A stretch of 64,000 nt of DNA. Origin: the human T2T-CHM13v2.0 reference genome, Homo sapiens. Under the pieces are notes generated by a model. It ran no database searches. It had not been told where the DNA came from and saw nothing but the letters and a program-made list of their open reading frames with translations. The translations under genes and the position numbers were made by a program. Positions 54,206-64,000 of the stretch are shown here, one piece after another. Location: assembly GCF_009914755.1 (NCBI RefSeq), contig NC_060929.1. One strand, 5' to 3'. How positions within the stretch are numbered: position 1 is the stretch's first letter; each line of letters begins with the position of its first letter.

Positions 54206-56669
54206 ACCAAGTCACAGAATTTCAAGATCCCACCCAGAGTCTGATTTTGCAGATCCTGTGAGGAACTTGCCTAGCAGTCTGTGGACCCAGACTGTGTTCA
54301 TTTATTTTTTTTCTAGACAAGGTAAAGTAGGAATTAAGTAGATGAAGGCATAAAGGAGCAACTGAAACTTACGTGAACTTGAAATTCTCTCACAGTGGCA
54401 GATGCCATGGGGATTTTTTGAGACTGCTTCTGGTGAAGGTGAACCACCCATCTACTCAGAAGTGAGTGTCAGGAATGGCTAGCACTAGCTTTAATTTTAG
54501 AAATTGTCTTTAAGACTCAAGATGGATAGGTTTCCTTGCAGTTACTGCCAAGTAAAATGGAGTATTAAGAATATTGATATTTCAGTTGCCATTATGCTGT
54601 TTTATGTTGGCAGTAGAACTAAAAACCAAAAAAAAAAAAGCAGTGAATTATCCCACTAATTTTCTATTGTTATTTTCAATATGAGTCTGCTTTAATTATT
54701 ATTTTTACTTCATGTTGGATAGTGAAAAGATTATAAACTTTGGTCATTTGTGTAACTCTAGCAGCAAAGGGGAAACAAAGGGGAAAGTAAAGTTTTTGAA
54801 CTGAAGTTTTACTTTGTGTGTAACTATACAAGCTTACGACAAAAAACCACATACAAACAAAACTATGAACAAGTATAGCAGACATAGTTATTCATTTCTG
54901 CTTTTAAAACACTTACTTTTACTATATGAGTGGCTACTGGTAGTTATAACAAGTTAAAGATGGTCGAGTAATTTTGCAGTATACCAAAACTGCACCAATT
55001 CTCTATTAAAATACAACGACTTTGTCAAGTTGATCCCAGCATTTGCCTTTCAGCTCTGACAAAAACAGTTTTGATTTATTTAATGACATTTTTCAATCTG
55101 ATTGTTAGATAAAGGTATTTTACAACAACCAAATCAAGTTGACCAGTTGGATTCTCATTCCTGCTCTTATTCACACTTCCTTATTACCTTTTCGTGTCCG
55201 AACAAGTTACCCAGAGTCATGGAGTATAGAGAGGAGTCAGCTCTTTTTACAAGATGCTTGTGTTTCAGCTTTTTGAAGCACCAGAAGAGGAATGTACCTC
55301 TCCTCTGTGTCTTTTGTGTGTCTGTAAACTGAAATTACAGATCTGCAATATAATAAACTGTTAAGAACAACATTCAGCCCAGTTTTTTTCTGGGATGAGG
55401 AATATGGATCTCTAATGTGTACAGGATAGTTTTAGGAAGCGTATGGATAGTGAATAACGCAATAAGAAAATTAGCCTCTTTCAGGTTTTTTGAGACTTCT
55501 AATTATATCAAGAAGAAAGTCTCAGTCTGGTGCTAACAAAGAAGTCTCTAACACTTTTATCTTCCTTTTTGAGAAACAGAAGACAAGCCTCAGGCTCAGC
55601 GTCTTTAGCAGATAACTATGTAGAGCCAGAATTTAATAATACTGTATGGTTTTCATTAAAAATATAATTTTTTGGGTTACCAACTATATGGATGACACTT
55701 TTTTAAATGGCAGATGCACAAAGCTTCCTTTTAAAATATGCTTAAAGTTAAAAATAAAAATAGAGTTAGTTTAAAGACAAACATTAAGTGAAAATTAGTG
55801 CAGTGAATATAGCAGTGGAAATATTACATAATGGCTGTAGTCAGTGACATGGTAAAAAGCACGAGGCTGCTGTGGTAATGACTATATCTTGGGGAGCTGG
55901 CAACCAACTCCCTCACTGGACAGATGTGAAACCCAAATCCCAGAGAGGTCAGAAAATCATAAAATCAGGACTGCTATCCGTAGGCCACCTACCAAATGGA
56001 TGTTACCACTTTATTTGACAGCTTGAATCATTTTTTCAAAATGGCCTTTTTTCCATCACTTTGTGAACAATATACATTAAGTTTGAAGTTGAAAAACAAT
56101 AAAACTTGATTTCTTCATCCCCACATTATGACAAGATTGACTTGGCAAGGTTATTGAAGAGGAACTGTTAGAAAAATGAAGCCAGAATTGTGAGACATGA
56201 CTTAGTGAGAAGGCGAATGGAAAAGAATTCCTTCAATATAAAATTTAACTTTAAATTCAAAGCTAAAGTAGGGTTATTTTCTCTTTTGAGGCTGGTTTGC
56301 AAAGGTAAAAGTGGGTTTTGTTTTAAGTTTACAAGTCTCGAATTCTTGAAAACATAGCAAGACAAACTTTGAATCTTTTTTTTAAAAAAAGTACAGGCTT
56401 TTACAGAAATGAAAAACTGAAATGCTCCTAGAAAAAGAAAGCTTTAAATTAAGAGGAAATTCTGTGTCTTAAAAATATCATAATTAAATGCAGTTGAGGA
56501 AAGAAATCGACAGATTTTTGTGAAATCCTTGTGTTTCTGTGAGGTTTGAGAAGGATGCAGGAGCAACTTCCTCCTACTGTGCAGGGACTCCAACCACACT
56601 GATGCTCCAGCCAAGTAAACAAACATTCCGAAGGACAAAGAACAAAATTTCAGAATGACAGAATGGTCA

Positions 56670-57358
<689 letters not shown>

Positions 57359-58552
57359 GATTGAAAACTTTTCTCTTATCACCTTGTCTACTTATTATCT
57401 ATTTATTGAAGCCTGTCTCTTGTTGGAGTGGAGGGAATGAAAAGGTGGGCAGCAAAGTCAAGCTGGTTCATGCATTGATTGGATGTTAAAATCAATGTAT
57501 ATGGAAAGAGGTAAAATAGAGTAAGACATTTAACACATTTTAAAATCCCAGCCAGATGGGAACTAATTTTTTATCCTTTCTCTGCCTCAGTTTTCTTTAT
57601 TCAAATAATGAGACCAATAGACCTCTGTGTTATTGGGTTATCTAAAGAAATAACTAACAGCAATTAGTGAAGTATAAAACCAAGGGTTGAAATGGGAAAT
57701 TACACTGCGTATCCTAATGTCTAAATCACTCCCAGGTTGTGAACTAGGGACAGAGAAAAGTTATCACCCTTTCCAACTAACTAATATTGTCTCATCTTGA
57801 GGATTTCCATTTTCAGACCCCACCCTCTGGCTCTGACATGTTTATTCCTAATTCTGAGAGCCCAGCTGAATAGTCATTGGAGAAGTTTCAGTCCCTGGGA
57901 AATTCCAAGAAATATCATTCCATGCACACCATGGACTCTAGAATGGATATTCTTGGGCATTAGCTCACCAGGAAAGGGAACACTCTGCTGTACTCTGTTA
58001 GATTTTCTTGCAAGGATTCATGAGCAGATCTGTTTCGGATGCAGAATGTCTGAGCAGAAACAGAAATGACAATCATTTGAAATTGGGGATCACTTGTAAG
58101 CCATTTTCACAAAGGCCTGAAATTCATCTTTACAGTTCCTTGATTCACTCATGAGACTGCCATTCATCTAGTAGCATCATGTCATGTAGCCCAGCCCAGG
58201 TGATTTGAGAGTTTGTTTTAAGTGTCCAACCTTTAGAAATGTCTCTCCTGTAATCTCTGAAAAGAGGATGGTGGGGTAGACTAGAGGCAACACTGTTTGT
58301 GTGTGGATTCCACAATGCTTCTTTAAGAATCCATGTCAGTGTGAGTTAATTTGATTTATGTAACCCACAAATTATTTTTAGGACTTTGCCCAGGGTCAAC
58401 TGCTTTATGTGTATTGCAAATCTCCCTTGTTTCATCAGGGAGGAATCTGACACAAAGAGCTATTTACTTATTTATCAACACAAAGTCACACATAGTTGTG
58501 TCATAATTGGAATACACCCTGATACTCAGCCTCCCATTTGGATGTTTCTTTT

Positions 58553-58559
58553 TCTTTTC

Positions 58560-58598
<39 letters not shown>

Positions 58599-58889
58599 CA
58601 TCATCATCATCATTATTATTATTTTGGGACAGGATCTCACTCTACCACCCAGGTTGGAGTGCAGTGTCTCCATCTCAGCTCACTGCAGCCTCAACCTTCC
58701 AGGGCTCAGGTGATCCTCCCACTTCAGCCTCCCAAGTGGCTGGGACTACAGACATACACAACACACCTGGCTAATTTTTGTAGAGATGGGGTTTCACCAC
58801 ATTGCCCAGGCTGGTCTCAAACTCCTAGGCTCAAGCCATCCATCCGCCTTGGCCTCCCGAAGTGTTAGGATTACATCTGCGTCCAACCA
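58553..58889 (-). mobile_element. Alu (AluJ-like) with (TTA)n(TCA)n compound microsatellite tail
   Basis: TSD GATGTTTCTTTT; triplet array at about 58561-58623. Confidence 0.92.
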
Positions 58890-60860
58890 GATGTTTCTTT
58901 TGCAATGTAATTCCCAGTAGCATTCTCTATCTCAGCTTTTACCCTATCTGACTGAGATCAGGAAGGACTGTTATTTCAGGTCTGCCTATCCTGGTCATTT
59001 ATGAAGGGTATTACAATGGTCACATTTTACAGAAAAGGAAACAGTCTTAAGGAGAGGAAAGAATATACCCTAGTTGATGGAAGAAAAGCCAACTAAGTTA
59101 GCCATAAAGGTATTCATTCCTTTTGGTTAAAAAAAAAAAGTCATTTATCTTTGCTTCCAGAATTTCAGACCCAATGATCTCCCATCTTTCATGTCATCCT
59201 CTATAACTGGCTTCCTGCTTAGTTCTCCTACTCATCAAGTATGGGTTCACATTATTAGGCTTAATTAAAATCACTTGGCAGATTTTTCCATATTGTCAAT
59301 AGCACACATACCTCTGCTCTTTAACCAATCACAGAAGAATTTTCTTATTCTCTATTATCCTTTAGGTACTTAAAAAGAGCTTTAAATAATGTTCAAAGGA
59401 AGCCTCTATCAATTGCAACTTGAATAATTCATTTGTAAAAAAATTAAAAATTTGTAGTGAGATATTATAAATGGAAAATGTTATTGGATCCTTTGTTTCA
59501 GAATATTTGCTTGAGGAAATGACCAAAAACTTAAAATCTGTTATAACATTGACCCCTTAGAGACATAATAAACATGGAAAGAGTGAAGAGTGTGGAATTG
59601 TTTAAAACCTGGTTTTGTCAAGGTAGATAACTTTACGTTGTGTATATTTTTCTCTTCCTTATTAATGGTACAAGCAGATAATTATGTTGAATGTTAAATG
59701 GCTCCAGGACAATGAGAATTAAATTGGCCTTAATAATAATGTGTTTGATTTTTGCCCACTCTGACAATATAAGGACATGCCCTCCCTGGGAAAGTTCAAA
59801 TGAGAAAATTGTCTATCTTCTATTCCTTCCTAAATAGTGGCTCCTTTAATAATAATAATGAATATCAAATTTTAAGATGGCTTCCTCTACCATGACTTCA
59901 GTTTATATTCTGCTTTAGGGAGAAGTTGAAATCTCTGGGAGATGGTTGCACTCATTAACTATTTACATTTAGCATATATTTGCTGAGTACCTGACATGTA
60001 CTAATCAGATACTCTACTAAATGTTAGGGACAGGCAAATGAGTAAGACACAGGCCTTGGACTTGGACCAAGGAGAAATATGTTAAGAAAAATTAATCAAA
60101 GCACATGTTTTAGTGAAGAAGTTAGGAAAGATTTCATGGAAGAGACCATATTGGATATGGTCCCAGAAGACTGAGTTGCCGTTTATTGCTTGAAAGAGGG
60201 AAGAATTATGGAGAAGGGCAGAAGTAAGAAAGTTGGACATTTTAAGTTCAGGAGGTAAATATCTCAAAGTATTTCAAGATAAATGACAACTGGTCTTAGA
60301 GTTTTACAAAATTTGAAGCCAAAGTTCATCAGTAAATTTTCTTTTCTCCAGTGCTGTAAGAAATCTAGTTTGTTATAACAGTGATGTCATTTTAATCTGA
60401 TGCACTGTCTAATTGCTTCAATGACCAGACTTAAATAGTCTTTTCACAATATTTTTTCTCTTAAATTTCTGGTGGGCCAAAGAGATGCCAGTAGAGAAGT
60501 GAGCTGAAATTAGGAGATCGGAATGGTGACAGAGACTGGTCACTTTTTCCCCAAACACTCTCATCAAAGAACATGTTGTAAGATGCATGAGCACTGTAAT
60601 GTAGATGCTATTCTAAAATTTCATAGAATTGGGCACTGAAGCCTAAAGTTATTGAGTCTAAACCTTGGGATTGAGAGCAGCTTTTTAAATTCACATGAAA
60701 TCATAGATGTTAGGCAGGGGTGCGATGATATGAAACTGGAGGCCATTGTTCTGTTGTAAATGATTATATATGATACTGAGAAGGGCTTTTTATATCAGCA
60801 GACATTTTGGCATGGTTTGACATGGTTGTACATTTTAATGTTTTTTCACTTTCCTTATGA

Positions 60861-61267
<407 letters not shown>

Positions 61268-61364
61268 TGATCAAGTATCACTGTACCTCAGAATCACTTA
61301 CTTTAGGTATCTCCATGCATTCATTCAAATAGACTTCTATAGAACAAATTCTTAGGCACCGAGG

Positions 61365-61482
61365 ATAAGAAAGAAAAGAAAGAGAGAGAGAGGGAGGTGG
61401 GGAGAAGGGAGGGAGGAAGGAAAGAAAGAAAGAAGAAATGAAGGAAAGAGAGAGGGAAGGAAAGAAAGAAAATAAAGAAAAA
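61365..61482. repeat. Purine-rich (GAAA/GGAA/GA)n simple repeat
   Basis: Read directly from the sequence. Confidence 0.9.
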
Positions 61483-62286
61483 TATCCCTGCACTTAAGGT
61501 GCTTTTATTGTGGGATTGTGAAGAGTATGTTAATGTGCTAAAAGGCAGTCTGAAGACTTTATGAACTATGCTTACTTTTGGAAGGTACTGTAGCAATGAG
61601 AGTGGTTAAGGATTAAGATTAAGAGAAATCACTTCAGTGGAAATTGTACCCTATATAGTCATTTGAAACCTATCTCCTTTGGAATGTGCAAACTTTTTTT
61701 TTCATCAAATGCAGGATCAGTTAATCATCACATCTTCAGTAGTCTGGAAATGTCAGCATGCCATGAAAGTAGGTGTTCAAGAACATGACTGGAAAAATAC
61801 TTCAATCCTCAGCCCACTTGGATGAAGCCAAAGAATCCACTGTCTATCTTTTCTATTCCAGCTGTACCTGTCAAAGTAATTTATCAGAATTAGTGCTCTT
61901 CTTGATGATGTAATAGTGAGCTGACACATAATTCTACTATATCTGATAAGTAAATTATTAGCTCATGCCAGAACAAAAAGGATGGACATTGCCACTCAAA
62001 ATTGATTATTTTACATAACACAGGGACCACCCATAGACTACATAGGATTTTCACGGAACTTCAGAAATTCTTGAATCTCATTTTGAGAACCACTTTTCTA
62101 TTGTACTTTATTCTGGTGTTTTCTTAGATAGTGTATATCTGGGATATATAGACAGAAAGTTTATGCTTCTAGTAAGAGCAGAGATGGAAACTTGAGCTGT
62201 GTGGATACAGGAATACTTCAGAAAAGCCTCAGGCTAATATAGTCAGACTTTACTCACTGGATTGCCTGGAAATAATTTTTGGTCAG

Positions 62287-62498
62287 TGCTATGAACTGAA
62301 TGTTTTTGTCCGTCTGTGAGGCCATAGCAAGAAGGTGGCAGTCTGCAAGCCAGGAAGAGAGCCCTCAGCAGAAACCAAATGGTCCAACACTTAAATCTCA
62401 GACTTCCCAGCCTCCAGAACTGTGAGAAAATAAATTTCTGTTATTAAAGCCACCCACTCTATAGTATTTCGTTATGGCAGCCCAAGCAGACGAATACA
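62287..62498 (+). mobile_element. MLT1A-type MaLR solo LTR with an internal deletion
   Basis: TGCTATGAACTGAATG...GACTTCCCAGCCTCCAGAACTGTGAGAAAATAAATTTCTG...GACGAATACA; TSD GTCAG/ATCAG; only 212 bp. Confidence 0.8.
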
Positions 62499-62789
62499 AT
62501 CAGAATAGGGTTTTGGGGGGGAAAGTGTAGAAAGTTGCTTTTTTTTACAATGTGATGTTAGCATTCCAGCTATATGTCCACATCTTATAAGAGATGCTAA
62601 ATCAGTTTTTGGATTACTTTTCAAGAAGCCTAAAATGAGTCTGGGTTTTCTATGACTTTGGTAGATAAACAGGCAATACAGAAAAAGTTCACCTCATTTT
62701 AAATTTTCGTTTTTCCCCTTTTTAACGAGTTTCTACTACCAAATATTTGTCATCACTGCAATAGTCTCCAGTTGGGCACATGCATAAAC

Positions 62790-62828
62790 TACACACAGAC
62801 ACATACACACAGACACACACACACACGC
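62790..62828. repeat. Imperfect (CA)n
   Basis: Read directly from the sequence. Confidence 0.85.
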
Positions 62829-63689
62829 AGACTCCCATGCATATGCTCCCTGACCATGCCATAAATTTTAGGAGTTTGCCTATTTAATTGCCACTGATCT
62901 AAATTGATTTCAAAATGAAATGAAACAAATTAAGTAATCTTTGGTTTTATTTCATCCAATCACCAAGCAAGAGCAGTAAGCTTAATTTAAAGAATGGTGG
63001 TATGGCCTAGATTTCCTATCTAGCAAGGAGATTTATAGCATAAATGACACCAAAAAAATGAACTAATAGGGTACTATATGTGATTCTATGTTAAAAAGGG
63101 GAAATTATTTTACAGGACTCATGAACCATTATTTTAAATCCTTTTGTAAATATGATTTAGTTCATCATCTTTTCTGATTATATTTATGTTCAGCTCCCAA
63201 GTACAGCTTCTGCTTCCTTTTTTGAAATGCCACCAACAGCAGTACCATTTTCACTAATACAAACAATGTTTATAGTGCCCAGAAATGGTGTTAGGAATAT
63301 AGGATTCTTTCATTATTTGTCAACTAGACATTCCTCAAAGAGGTGCCCTATTTAGTTCTGGCTTAGCTTTTTGAACAAAACCATTTAAGTATCATAATTT
63401 TTAAGTTCTTCATGAAATTTTCATGTTTCTATAATAGTTGTCATTAGGTAGATAAAAGAATATTATAATCTTTTATTTCTAAAAAATATAATTTGCATAC
63501 CTAAATGGATTAGGAATTAAATCATAGATTTATAATACAAAACAATTTTGGCTTTTTAGGTCAGTGATGGGTTCACTAAATTCTTAGAAACATAACTATA
63601 ACTTTGTTTGTACTGAACTCTTATCCTTAGAAGACTAAAATATTTTAACTCCATGAAATATCTAAGCAAGACATTATTGTGTGATGCTT

Positions 63690-63880
63690 AGGAAGAAGGA
63701 TTTGGAGAAGACTAACTGAGTTTAAACCCTAACTTTACTAACTAACTACACAACCTTGGGAAAGTCACCAGGGCTTTCTCTTGCATCATTTCCATATTTG
63801 TAAAATGGGGATAATAATAAATTTGATCTCACAAGTTTGCTTTGATGATTAAATTAGTAAAGATTTGTTACAGAGAACAG
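63690..63880 (+). mobile_element. MIR
   Basis: ACCTTGGGAAAGTCAC...TTTGTAAAATGGGGATAATAATA...ATGATTAAAT. Confidence 0.8.
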
Positions 63881-64000
63881 TAAAATAAAAGTGTTCACTC
63901 TTGGTAATAAGGTATTGCACAACAGTCAACGAAGGTCTGAGAAGGAAAAAAATAAAAAATATGCACTATCTGGCACAGCCAAATGGAAAGGAGCCTTACA

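Noticed and set aside
58386-58868. Poly-Tyr/His, poly-Ile and poly-Leu ORFs
   Set aside because: They are read-through of a (TTA)n(TCA)n Alu tail.

Overview
Primate (almost certainly human) non-coding genomic DNA, AT-rich, with no intact protein-coding gene. The ORF track is explained by Alu, L1, pseudogene and microsatellite sequence. The main structure is a nested retrocopy at about 17.0-18.4 kb. A full-length processed RPS3A pseudogene (15-bp TSD) carries, inserted at its own poly(A) signal, a second retrocopy that starts at the first base of the H/ACA snoRNA SNORA70. That copy continues through the rest of the RPL10 host intron and the spliced last two RPL10 exons to a poly(A) tail, so it is a fossil of a 5'-snoRNA-ended, polyadenylated RNA. 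Other unusual items are an L1PA ORF2 fragment fused to an SVA-type VNTR without poly(A) or TSD, an Alu with an apparent 3' transduction, and several fold-back or templated micro-rearrangements. A roughly 19-kb Alu-free block (23.4-42.5 kb) contains enhancer-like sequence, and there is a MIR-derived candidate lncRNA exon. From memory only and unverified, the layout resembles human 5q14.3 (TMEM161B-DT/RPS3AP22, in the MEF2C regulatory landscape). Repeat subfamily names were assigned by eye and their boundaries are approximate.
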